From the sequence record OR699282.2: a DNA stretch of 64,000 nucleotides. One strand, written 5' to 3'. The notes beneath the pieces were generated by a model. That model saw only the letters and a program-made list of their open reading frames with translations. It was not told where the DNA came from and ran no database searches. Both the position numbers and the translations under genes were made by a program. Of this stretch, positions 55,490 to 64,000 are shown piece by piece (position 1 is the stretch's first letter; each line of letters begins with the position of its first letter).

Positions 55490-55977
55490 CTAAATCAATG
55501 AAAAATTCATTTGATAAAATCAAGAGTTGTCTTGATGGGGAAAATATTACAAGTGTTACACAAACTGCTGACCAAATTCAAAGCAGTTCAAGTGATTGTA
55601 CTGTTATTTTAGGTTTACATAGTCTACGTTTATCAATAGTAAATAATATTGACAACACTGCTATTGTAATCACACCATGCCATATTCAAAATGAGAATGG
55701 TGTATATCTTCATCACATGGGAACAGTATTTCATATTTTCAATACAAACGAAAACATTGTTAAGGAATACAAATCTCTTAATATTGATTCAGGTGAATTA
55801 TTTCAAATGAGTACTTTGTACTCATGTAATTTTACAGATACTTCATGTATTTTGCCATTTTTCTTGGAAATTATTAAGAAAATGGAAAATTTAAAACGTG
55901 AATACAATAAAGAAATGGTTCCTGAAGCTATATTAAATATTACTAATGCTATAGAGAAGTATAATGCAGTGACTTAA
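55480..55977 (+). CDS. family B protein
   Basis: IDSGELFQMSTLYS. Confidence 0.8.
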   Translation: MYLTKSMKNSFDKIKSCLDGENITSVTQTADQIQSSSSDCTVILGLHSLRLSIVNNIDNTAIVITPCHIQNENGVYLHHMGTVFHIFNTNENIVKEYKSLNIDSGELFQMSTLYSCNFTDTSCILPFFLEIIKKMENLKREYNKEMVPEAILNITNAIEKYNAVT

Positions 55978-56019
55978 TAAAAACGCACATGGAGTGCATT
56001 AGAAGATCAAGGATAGATC

Positions 56020-56493
56020 ATGGAGATTAAAACTGTTGAAAATGGGAAAATTGATGACATTTTAGAGTTGGACGCATTCAAAGTTCATGATATAATGTTT
56101 AATGTGAAGGACATTATTCAATGTCTATTTTTGTGTAGCAAGACAATGCATGATTTTTTTCACAACCCAAATACTAACGTTTTTATACTAACAATCAGTA
56201 CTGAAAACTCGTTTATCATGGGTATGCCTATGAGTACAAATGAACAATATATTGATTGTGTTATTCGTAATAACGATAGTATTACGCCACAATCTGAAGT
56301 ACGTAAAAAGAAAAACACCTACACAATCAAAGATGATAAAATTATGATGTGCTGTAGTAAAGGGTTTATATTAGATAATTTTATCATCAAAGACAGTTAT
56401 CACGACTTTAAAGTGTCTGAAAATCAATCCAATGTAGTTCTTTATGCGAGTGACATAGAAAGTCTAACAGTTAAAGATCCCAGTTTGGAGTAA
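56020..56493 (+). CDS. hypothetical protein
   Basis: SD AAGGA. Confidence 0.75.
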   Translation: MEIKTVENGKIDDILELDAFKVHDIMFNVKDIIQCLFLCSKTMHDFFHNPNTNVFILTISTENSFIMGMPMSTNEQYIDCVIRNNDSITPQSEVRKKKNTYTIKDDKIMMCCSKGFILDNFIIKDSYHDFKVSENQSNVVLYASDIESLTVKDPSLE

Positions 56494-56495
56494 GT

Positions 56496-56627
56496 ATGGC
56501 TAAGAAAGTAAACAATTTCGTACAGAAACACATGAATGAGTTTAACAAGCCTCAGACACATGTTGATCGTAAGAAAGAAATGAAAAATGGTAAAGTAAAA
56601 CACAAGTCGAGATTTATTCTCGACTAA
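56496..56627 (+). CDS. small basic protein, 43 aa
   Basis: NFVQKHMNEFNKPQTHVDRKK; SD GGAG; hairpin terminator 56605-56635 overlaps the stop. Confidence 0.7.
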   Translation: MAKKVNNFVQKHMNEFNKPQTHVDRKKEMKNGKVKHKSRFILD

Positions 56628-56656
56628 TTTTTTGTCTAAATTTATGGAGATTTTAT

Positions 56657-57508
56657 ATGTTAGATAGCACTGACTTTCGCAATTTCAAAAAGTATTCAGT
56701 TCTTGAACATATAAACGAATTTCTAAATTCTACTACACCATTTGGCATCAGTGCGTTCGACTCATACGATGGGTATAGAATCTTCTCATGCAATGACTTT
56801 CAAATTTCCGTCAAAAAAGGTTTTACAAAAGAAGTTGCAATTCGTGATGTAGTACTGTATAGCGATTCTTCCATTTCTTACTGTCATGATGCGAACAATT
56901 TTGAATCTCTTTCAACACCTAATTGTTCATACTACAAATCCCATGACACGATGATGTACAAAGAACAACATATCAATGGTGTTTCGTTCTATAAAACGAA
57001 CAGTGATAAGTCATATACATCGAGAGATGATTTTGGAAAGTACACATGTACTATGCACGCGGATAATGAAAAAACAAGCTACACACATTCATTCGAGTCC
57101 AAATTCAAAGAGAGTGACTTTTCAAATATCACTATTCAAGAACAAGTTACAGAAGAAGGTGTTGTATATCGTAGTACTGCATTCTTTCGCATGAAAGATA
57201 TTGTCACTGGTAGACCAATGATGTACAATATTGACATATATATGAAAGGTGATATATCCGAAGTAGTGATTAGTACTGGTTATCGTGAAAAATATACAGT
57301 TACGATGGAATCACCAGATGCATCACTAGTTCACCTCTTTAACAATTTATACACATTCCAATTCGAACTTAGTTTCGAACCCAATGAATATCAAATATTC
57401 GATGTATTAAAAAGTAATATTATTAATAAGTTAGAATATTACTACAAGTTAGGTGGGAAAATGAGCATAGTTAATACTATGTTACATAACATAAAAGAAA
57501 CATTATAA
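56657..57508 (+). CDS. hypothetical protein
   Basis: 283 aa, SD GGAG. Confidence 0.8.
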   Translation: MLDSTDFRNFKKYSVLEHINEFLNSTTPFGISAFDSYDGYRIFSCNDFQISVKKGFTKEVAIRDVVLYSDSSISYCHDANNFESLSTPNCSYYKSHDTMMYKEQHINGVSFYKTNSDKSYTSRDDFGKYTCTMHADNEKTSYTHSFESKFKESDFSNITIQEQVTEEGVVYRSTAFFRMKDIVTGRPMMYNIDIYMKGDISEVVISTGYREKYTVTMESPDASLVHLFNNLYTFQFELSFEPNEYQIFDVLKSNIINKLEYYYKLGGKMSIVNTMLHNIKETL

Positions 57509-57523
57509 ATTGGAGGATTTGGG

Positions 57524-57817
57524 ATGGATACTAAATTCAAAGTTATATTTAAAACTAAGCCGTATATTCCGCATACAGCAGAACGTTTTATACCACATGG
57601 TGCAGAGGAAATTATTCACCATGATGGTACAAAGTTATATCTAGTGCCATGTTCATATGAACGTGCAGTAGAAATGTTACTCATGAATTCTAAATTATGT
57701 ACAAACAAGTACATTAGCTACTTATACAATGAACATATTTTAGATTTTAATGATGAAAATATGTTTATTCTAGCAATTGAAGATTTTAATAATTGGTACA
57801 ACATTATTAAAATCTGA
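57524..57817 (+). CDS. hypothetical protein
   Basis: SD GGAGG. Confidence 0.75.
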   Translation: MDTKFKVIFKTKPYIPHTAERFIPHGAEEIIHHDGTKLYLVPCSYERAVEMLLMNSKLCTNKYISYLYNEHILDFNDENMFILAIEDFNNWYNIIKI

Positions 57818-57887
57818 TAAAAATATTGTGAACATATTAAATCTTTATGATATAATGTTCACATCTTTTTTGATAATGGAGATATAG

Positions 57888-58274
57888 ATGAATACAAGTT
57901 CAATCCTAAAAGCAATTGGTGGTGTTTTACTTATTGAAGTGAAAGGTGAACCAAAACTATGCTGTTTGGAAGATATGAAGAATACAAAACACTTCAGTAC
58001 TGGTCAGATTTTTAATGCCATTCGTGTTCTAAATGATAAATCAATCGCTGATTATGGTAAAGTTTGGCCTGTATATCAAAACGCAGAGGGTGATATCAGT
58101 TCTGACTGGAAAACCATCGAAGCAGTTCGACAAAGTTGCGATAGTGACTGGGACTTTATTGTCGAAGTATGTGATCAACTACAAGAAGATGTTCCAGAAA
58201 TTGTCGAACGAAAAGAAGTCCTAGCACGACTTGAAAAATTCCGTCACGGAACACTACAGTATGACACAATCTAA
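57888..58274 (+). CDS. hypothetical protein
   Basis: Extended -10 promoter at 57848-57856, SD GGAG. Confidence 0.8.
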   Translation: MNTSSILKAIGGVLLIEVKGEPKLCCLEDMKNTKHFSTGQIFNAIRVLNDKSIADYGKVWPVYQNAEGDISSDWKTIEAVRQSCDSDWDFIVEVCDQLQEDVPEIVERKEVLARLEKFRHGTLQYDTI

Positions 58275-58323
58275 TCTGCTTATTAAAAATATCTAATTAA
58301 CATTATATAAAAGGAATTTAAAA

Positions 58324-58629
58324 ATGGAAGACAATGGAATGAAATTTGATATGTTTGAAGGTGTACCAGAGTTCGATTTCAATAAACTTGAAAATGGTGA
58401 AGAATCAGAACTAGTAAGTGTTACACTAAAATCAGATACCAAAAAGAAATATTCCCCATCAGTTCGTTCACGTTCTCAAGAAGAATATGAAACCTTCATT
58501 GAGAGTATTCATTACGAAACGTTCCATCATGCAGATGGTACTCCGTATGAAGTTCGTGTTACAGTACTGAAGCCTGAAGTAAACCCAATGGAAAATCTAC
58601 GTCCTGTTTACTGCTGGGCAAGCCACTAA
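58324..58629 (+). CDS. acidic hypothetical protein
   Basis: SD AAGGA; terminator 58638-58669. Confidence 0.8.
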   Translation: MEDNGMKFDMFEGVPEFDFNKLENGEESELVSVTLKSDTKKKYSPSVRSRSQEEYETFIESIHYETFHHADGTPYEVRVTVLKPEVNPMENLRPVYCWASH

Positions 58630-58681
58630 TAAACCAAAGGACGGGATATAATATCTCGTCTTTTTTTTTGTCTGGAGATAT

Positions 58682-59530
58682 ATGAAACTTTATCTAATCG
58701 TTGACTACAGTAAGGGTTATTATGACTACGCAGAAGAATCTGAAGGGTATTGCTCGTCTACTAATGTCAATGTACGCACCAGTAGTACACATGAGCATGA
58801 ATCTATTACAAACCTAAAAGATTTCATCGCATATCGAGCATTTGAAAAGAATTTCTGTCGTAGTAGATATTCGAAGTTTGAGTACCCGTTAATTGATGTT
58901 CCTGATGAATTGATGTTCCAGTTAATGCTCACTGGAGTACAAGATTATGATTACATCGCGTACAATCACATTACTAAGAAAATTTATATCGGTACGTCAA
59001 CACATGACATTTCTATGTATGCATCATGCCCCGATGATCGAATGAATGATAGAAAATCATACTATAGTGGATCAGTTGGTTCAAATGATTCATTAAATAA
59101 AAATTTATTCTTTGAGTACGAGTTTGATAATCATCGAGGGAAAAAAGACCGAGAAGATTATTGTACTGAAATTGATAGTACCAATGGATATGAAGAAGTG
59201 AAAGAAGCGATAATGCCATATATCCTTGACAAGTACTACAAAGATTTTCAGTACTGTAGTAATTTTCTAATCCGAAATTCTATCATAATCGGTCGTCAAA
59301 GTACTGCATTCTCTAAGTACTACAATGATTCCCCTGTTGCTGAAAATGAAAACTGTAATATTCTCTCAATCCCACGTGAAGATATGGTATTCATGTTCAC
59401 ATCTTTCATTGAAGATGATGAGTTGTATGTAAAAAACAAGCACAGGTTCATGCCAAGTAAGATTGAGGTTATGAGAAGCTTAAGTGCAGATATCTTAACT
59501 AATTTCACTGAAAAAACAGAATACAACTGA
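58682..59530 (+). CDS. hypothetical protein with an N-terminal family B-like motif
   Basis: DVPDELMFQLML. Confidence 0.8.
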   Translation: MKLYLIVDYSKGYYDYAEESEGYCSSTNVNVRTSSTHEHESITNLKDFIAYRAFEKNFCRSRYSKFEYPLIDVPDELMFQLMLTGVQDYDYIAYNHITKKIYIGTSTHDISMYASCPDDRMNDRKSYYSGSVGSNDSLNKNLFFEYEFDNHRGKKDREDYCTEIDSTNGYEEVKEAIMPYILDKYYKDFQYCSNFLIRNSIIIGRQSTAFSKYYNDSPVAENENCNILSIPREDMVFMFTSFIEDDELYVKNKHRFMPSKIEVMRSLSADILTNFTEKTEYN

Positions 59531-59558
59531 GACATACCATAAGTTTATGATATAATGT

Positions 59559-59594
59559 AAGGTGACAGCAGAATATGTTGTCGCCTTTTTTTTT
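59559..59594 (+). terminator. intrinsic terminator
   Basis: AAGGTGACAGCA-GAATA-TGTTGTCGCCTT then a T-run. Confidence 0.8.
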
Positions 59595-59597
59595 AAT

Positions 59598-60177
59598 CCT
59601 GAAAGGTTCCATATGGAAATGATTAAAGCCTAATCCACTCGAAAAGTAGAGGGTAGATGAGTAGTCCTTTCAGTACGAACAGCAAATGAAACCCGTTAGA
59701 TGATGGCATAGTTTGAACCACTCACGGCAATGCGGCTGTATAAAGAACTCCAATAGGATAAAGAGAGTTCCTCGATAGACATATAAGGATCGCACCTTAC
59801 CAATTATCTAAGGGAGATTTCATGAGAAATTTGCGGTCGTAATTTATACAAAATAGTTGCGTCCAAAATTCGTGAAATCAAATACAAGTACTGGTCATAT
59901 GGTATTTGTATTATGTGTCGGGATGTTTAAGACCGACGACCGTTGCTACAAGAACCGCGATAGAGAGAAACAGAGCAACCCGCTTTCGTCTCGTAAGAGA
60001 ATTCGTGATATGAACTATGTGAAGGCCACCAGCGTCAAACTTTTTTGTTCTTTCCCCTGCGGGGGGATGAAATATGCTCAAGCAAACCCCGTCAATATTA
60101 ATTAAAAGAAAATAGTACTTGTAGAATTAGACATGCGTAGCATGGTAATTCTACTGATGTTGATGGAATCAACGTCA
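59598..60177 (+). ncRNA. candidate large structured non-coding RNA, about 580 nt
   Basis: At least 12 nested or adjacent stems, GNRA and UNCG loops, higher GC, no credible ORF; strand inferred from tetraloops and G-U pairs. Confidence 0.55.
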
Positions 60178-60207
60178 CGTATATTCATTGATGTTTCCAT
60201 AGGAATA

Positions 60208-60753
60208 ATGATGGCATTTATTAGAAAACAAAAAACTTTTACCTATAAGACTTTGGATTTTGTTGATTGTGAAAACCAATTACAAGATGAAGATAACTTT
60301 ACAGGATTTGTTGTTATTAAAGAAAAAGGATGCATTTCGTATATAAAGGAATTACAGAACGGCATTGAAGTTACTTCAGTCAAATTACTTCCTACACAAA
60401 AACCAACAATATTAAAAGCACAGTATGGTAATTATTTCGAGGAAAGATATAGTAATAATTTAATAAGTGTTAAGGCTCATATTATAAAAGGAGAACTAGA
60501 AGGAGAATATAGAAAATACAACCCACAAGGAAAATGTGTTTGGGTTAAATACTTCAATTCAGGAAATGATGTAACATCTGAAATAATTGAGTTTTTAGGT
60601 TTAACATGTACCCCTGAAACTCTTCATGATTACAAATTTAATACTGAAGAAGAGTTTAATCTGATGATGCGTTATGGTTCACATTTTAAATTTTTATATG
60701 AATATAACATTGACAGTAGTACTTTTGATAAGATAGTACAGAACTGTCTCTAA
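60208..60753 (+). CDS. hypothetical protein with a MORN-like segment
   Basis: KGELEGEYRKYNPQGKCVWVKYFNSG; start moved behind AGGA. Confidence 0.7.
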   Translation: MMAFIRKQKTFTYKTLDFVDCENQLQDEDNFTGFVVIKEKGCISYIKELQNGIEVTSVKLLPTQKPTILKAQYGNYFEERYSNNLISVKAHIIKGELEGEYRKYNPQGKCVWVKYFNSGNDVTSEIIEFLGLTCTPETLHDYKFNTEEEFNLMMRYGSHFKFLYEYNIDSSTFDKIVQNCL

Positions 60754-60769
60754 CAAAAGGAATTATATA

Positions 60770-61291
60770 ATGTCGAAGAAGGATGCTTCGAAAAAACATT
60801 CAGTACATTTTAGTACTGGTAAAGATAACTGGACAACTCCAAAAGATTTCTTTGAAGAGTTAGATGAGTTATGGGGATTTACGCTTGATGCTGCTTGTGT
60901 TGATGAGACTGCATTATGTGAGAATTATTTTACACCAAATGATGATTCTCTTTCACAGGATTGGGGAAAGAATATAGTTTGGTTGAACCCTCCATATAGT
61001 GATTTGAAAACATGGTTATCTAAAGCAGTAGATGCGTATAATAAAGGAGCAACTGTATTAATTCTTGTACCATCAAGAACGGATACTATAGCCTTTCAGG
61101 ATTATGCTGCGAAAGTTTGTGATTGTATTTGTTTTATTAAGGGAAGGTTACGATTTGGTATCCCAGAAGAACCAGAGAAGAAAACAGATTCAGCACCATT
61201 TCCTTCGTGTCTGATAGTACTGGATAAGTACTTAACCACTGCTAAAATCAATTATCTTAAATCTCTTGGATTGGTGATGAAGAATTTATGA
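60770..61291 (+). CDS. phage DNA N6-adenine methyltransferase (Dam-type family)
   Basis: DNWTTP..FTLDAA..WLNPPYS..LVPSRTDT..FIKGRLRF. Confidence 0.9.
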   Translation: MSKKDASKKHSVHFSTGKDNWTTPKDFFEELDELWGFTLDAACVDETALCENYFTPNDDSLSQDWGKNIVWLNPPYSDLKTWLSKAVDAYNKGATVLILVPSRTDTIAFQDYAAKVCDCICFIKGRLRFGIPEEPEKKTDSAPFPSCLIVLDKYLTTAKINYLKSLGLVMKNL

Positions 61292-61821
61292 AAGAAACAT
61301 GCGTATTAACTTTTGGACGTGTTAATCCCGTACATCGTGGACATGGTTTAGTTTTTGAAAAGGCCAAAACATTACAAGAACAGTACAATGCTGATTTAAA
61401 AATATATCTAAGCACCAGTACTGACAATATAAAAAACCCACTCCCACCTGAACTAAAAATGTATTATACAGAGGGATTTTATCCTTCAGTGCAAGAGAAC
61501 ATCTACACAGAAGACAATCTGTTTGATATAATGAGAGAACTGGATGGAAAGTACTTAGATGTTCTTTTCATATGTGGTTCTGACCGTATTGATTCTTTTC
61601 AAAAAACTCTTGACATGTACAATGGTAAGTTGTATAATTTTTGTAGTATAAAAGTAATTCAAGCAGGTATTGACCGTAATGTAAGTCAATATAGCTCAAC
61701 ACAAATGCGTAACTTCGCAAAAAATGAAGATTTTGATAGTTTTCGTGAGTTTTTACCTGGAAATGACGAGAACTTAAAAATACAATTATTTGAAGACGTT
61801 ATAAAATACATGAGGAAATAA
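61288..61821 (+). CDS. HxGH nucleotidyltransferase (cytidyltransferase-like)
   Basis: TFGRVNPVHRGH, ICGSDR, SSTQMR. Confidence 0.85.
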   Translation: MKETCVLTFGRVNPVHRGHGLVFEKAKTLQEQYNADLKIYLSTSTDNIKNPLPPELKMYYTEGFYPSVQENIYTEDNLFDIMRELDGKYLDVLFICGSDRIDSFQKTLDMYNGKLYNFCSIKVIQAGIDRNVSQYSSTQMRNFAKNEDFDSFREFLPGNDENLKIQLFEDVIKYMRK

Positions 61822-61823
61822 TT

Positions 61824-62117
61824 ATGTCAGTACTGTTCAAAACCAATCCAGTACTTTGGGATCAAAATGAGCAATCAGGATTTCGTTCCATCCATGTTGA
61901 ATACAAAGGTAATACTGTAGTTGCAATTATTGCTAACAAAACTCTAGGAAACTGGACTGCACAGGTTGTTCCTATGGGATATTCTTACACATCTGATGAG
62001 GTTCAATTCCTGGCTGAACTATATCGTCAAGTGCCGTTTATCATTAATGTACTAGAAGGTAATGATACATTATCACATGCAGATGTGATTAATTTTCTTG
62101 GAAACTTGCATGTGTGA
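61824..62117 (+). CDS. hypothetical protein
   Basis: Coupled ORF. Confidence 0.75.
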   Translation: MSVLFKTNPVLWDQNEQSGFRSIHVEYKGNTVVAIIANKTLGNWTAQVVPMGYSYTSDEVQFLAELYRQVPFIINVLEGNDTLSHADVINFLGNLHV

Positions 62118-62397
62118 TGAAATAAATCTTACAGGATATTTTTTACAAGAATCAATGATTAAATTTAGTGATAAATTTTCAGTACTGGATGGTATCGAAA
62201 TGTGGCATGTCAAACCACTGTTCCACACTTTCAGTAAAGAGCACAAAATGTTATTGACTGAAGCGAGTAAATCAAATAACATATGTGAAATCAAAATTGG
62301 TGTAAATGTCTATAAAGGGATGGTTATCTTTTTTGACAATAACAGCAACTACTTTTATATTGTTAAGGAGCATTACGTTGACAAATACAAATACTAA
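62110..62397 (+). CDS. hypothetical protein
   Basis: ATG overlaps the previous stop. Confidence 0.7.
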   Translation: MCDEINLTGYFLQESMIKFSDKFSVLDGIEMWHVKPLFHTFSKEHKMLLTEASKSNNICEIKIGVNVYKGMVIFFDNNSNYFYIVKEHYVDKYKY

Positions 62398-62992
62398 TAC
62401 ATACTTCCGTTATCTTCGCTTAGGTCTTTCCCTACGTCCGATCCGTGGAAAGTGCGATTCACTCGCTGACCTTGACTATGCATATGCATTACATCATGAA
62501 GGTGTACAGTATGTATTGGGTGATTATGGTGAATTTGAAGAAACAAATGACAGTACTGGAATTAATGCTGGTGTAGAAAATCTTAACAACATTGCTAACA
62601 GTTCTCGCCATGACATTGTGTTACAGATTCAAAACTTTATTGAGCAGCACACAGGTAAACGTGTTTGGTGCTATGTCGGTACTGATGCACAAATGTCAAT
62701 TTCATTCGGTAACGATGAAGGATATGTTGCACAGCTTATTATGGATTTTGAATCTGAAGAGAAGTTTTTAGAATTCAAAGAAAAGATTATTCAGTCACTT
62801 GTTGATATGGGTATCCCCGAAGATAAAATGCCAGAAGTTCAAAACATTGATGAATTTGTTTTGATTCCATCTGATGAGAAATATGATGCAATGTTTACTG
62901 CCCTTAATATTCCAGGAGTTATTGTGGAGTACTTTGATGATGGTGATGATAGTATCTATATCGATCTAGATGACGATGACGACGATGAATAA
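62378..62992 (+). CDS. acidic hypothetical protein
   Basis: TTG start behind AAGGAG; poly-Asp C-terminus. Confidence 0.8.
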   Translation: MTNTNTNTYFRYLRLGLSLRPIRGKCDSLADLDYAYALHHEGVQYVLGDYGEFEETNDSTGINAGVENLNNIANSSRHDIVLQIQNFIEQHTGKRVWCYVGTDAQMSISFGNDEGYVAQLIMDFESEEKFLEFKEKIIQSLVDMGIPEDKMPEVQNIDEFVLIPSDEKYDAMFTALNIPGVIVEYFDDGDDSIYIDLDDDDDDE

Positions 62993-62997
62993 TGTAC

Positions 62998-63026
62998 ATA
63001 GCCCGACATAAGTTCGGGCTATTTTT
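62998..63026 (+). terminator. intrinsic terminator
   Basis: ATAGCCCGA-CATAAGT-TCGGGCTAT then T-tract. Confidence 0.8.
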
Positions 63027-63038
63027 GTAAGGGGATAT

Positions 63039-63314
63039 ATGAATTATAAAGTTCTACAATATACATACAGTGTTTTGTTTGATTTACATCACAATGGAAG
63101 ATATCTCAATACAATACGAGAAAACACATTCACTCATACTATCTGGATTAATCACTTAATAATGATACGTGAATATTTTGTTAATAGTGAGATAATCATT
63201 CGTGGTAAAAAACAGAAGATAGAACAAGTTAATAGTTTTGGTGGTAAATTAGTACTATCATTTATAGATAGTAATACTAATGAAAGATATAGTATAGATT
63301 TGGTGGACATATGA
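63039..63314 (+). CDS. family C hypothetical protein
   Basis: MNYK..TY..L.DL start. Confidence 0.7.
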   Translation: MNYKVLQYTYSVLFDLHHNGRYLNTIRENTFTHTIWINHLIMIREYFVNSEIIIRGKKQKIEQVNSFGGKLVLSFIDSNTNERYSIDLVDI

Positions 63315-63577
63315 ATTATAAAGATTTCCTACTAACATACAAGATTATTCGAGATTTAGCACACGACAATGATAGCCCTAGTCTAGAAGACACATGCACT
63401 GAAATGATTCATACAATTCGTGGTAAGATTAAAAAAAAATTCAGTACTGTTATTATTGGTGATGACCATGCAGAATTTTCTGATATAATCATTAGACGTG
63501 ATGGTAAAGTTGAGGTTCAGTACTACACTGATTTTGGATTTACCAGTATTCCGTTGGAGATATTCCCTTGGGATTAA
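63311..63577 (+). CDS. family C hypothetical protein
   Basis: MNYK..TYKII.DL start. Confidence 0.7.
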   Translation: MNYKDFLLTYKIIRDLAHDNDSPSLEDTCTEMIHTIRGKIKKKFSTVIIGDDHAEFSDIIIRRDGKVEVQYYTDFGFTSIPLEIFPWD

Positions 63578-63879
63578 ATTTAAATGATATACAATTCACT
63601 TATAAGATCCTATATGATTTGTATGATGTATACCTTGTTAGTAACAAAATAGGTTCACATAACCCATACAAAGAACAACCATTTATTGATTTATATATTG
63701 AGTACTTAGATTCAGTAGGTGAATATATAAAAAAGAATTACAGTACTTTTATCGATGGAAATGATAAATTCGATTTCTATGGTGTGCAATCATATAATGG
63801 TATAATCCATGTTCAATTTCAGGAAATAACCGATAGGGGATTTATCGAGATTAAAGTTGTGAAGTTGGTGAATTTATAA
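63568..63879 (+). CDS. family C hypothetical protein
   Basis: LNDIQFTYKILYDL. Confidence 0.7.
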   Translation: MGLNLNDIQFTYKILYDLYDVYLVSNKIGSHNPYKEQPFIDLYIEYLDSVGEYIKKNYSTFIDGNDKFDFYGVQSYNGIIHVQFQEITDRGFIEIKVVKLVNL

Positions 63880-63889
63880 GAGGTTACAT

Positions 63890-64000
63890 ATGTTATTAAA
63901 TGATATACAATTCACATACAAATTTTTGTATATCCAATACGCTACGGTTGATGCTGGAGAATATCTCTACAGTGAAATCTATCGTTCGGTATGGATAAAG
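63890..64000 (+). CDS. family C hypothetical protein, partial (runs off the window)
   Basis: MLLNDIQFTYK, SD GAGG. Confidence 0.7.
   Translation, partial: MLLNDIQFTYKFLYIQYATVDAGEYLYSEIYRSVWIK

Noticed and set aside
59598-60177. Group I intron, tmRNA or RNase P; ORF 59857-60105
   Set aside because: An AGATGAGTAGTCC word resembles the group I S element, but P7 and the order of elements are missing and no gene is interrupted. There are no tRNA-like ends. The ORF has a TTG start, no SD and unusual composition.
1882-62294. All minus-strand ORFs and short alternative-frame plus-strand ORFs in the track
   Set aside because: They shadow better plus-strand genes or span promoters, lack SDs and show no family motifs.
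1-64000. tRNA, rRNA, integrase, transposase, structural or replication genes
   Set aside because: None recognised by eye; a tRNAscan and HMM run would be needed to exclude divergent ones.
1-64000. Naming an exact phage species or host
   Set aside because: Architecture and Chi usage point to an enterobacterial jumbo phage, but no marker gene is in the window and no search was possible.

Overview
A 64-kb piece of a large, AT-rich lytic phage genome, most likely the left end of an enterobacterial jumbo myophage of the RaK2/GAP32/CBB-like type. This is inferred from architecture only, as no structural hallmark gene lies in the window. Every credible gene is on the + strand. (1) 1-~1.7 kb is non-coding and full of hairpins and repeats, like a genome terminus. 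(2) ~1.7-21.3 kb is a visibly higher-GC early region of about 55 small genes, most with their own sigma70 promoter and a conserved GGGGA..TCCCC leader hairpin. It includes an H-NS-like protein, a TraR/DksA-type zinc finger, a GNAT acetyltransferase, a Ser/Thr kinase and a possible ParE/RelE-like protein. It also holds two families of promoter-driven, ORF-less repeats (candidate small RNAs, 11 and 3 copies) and 10 Chi sites. (3) ~21.5-64 kb is a very AT-rich, translationally coupled gene block dominated by two large paralog expansions: 31 'LGTxYQE' mini-proteins and about 50 'EExFQxS' proteins. It also carries an ART-like gene, a ~580-nt highly structured intergenic region (candidate large ncRNA), a Dam-family adenine methyltransferase and an HxGH nucleotidyltransferase. 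The palindrome AGTACT is strongly over-represented throughout and sits at fixed positions in early promoters. No tRNA, rRNA, CRISPR array, integrase or transposase was recognised. All calls are by eye, with no database search.
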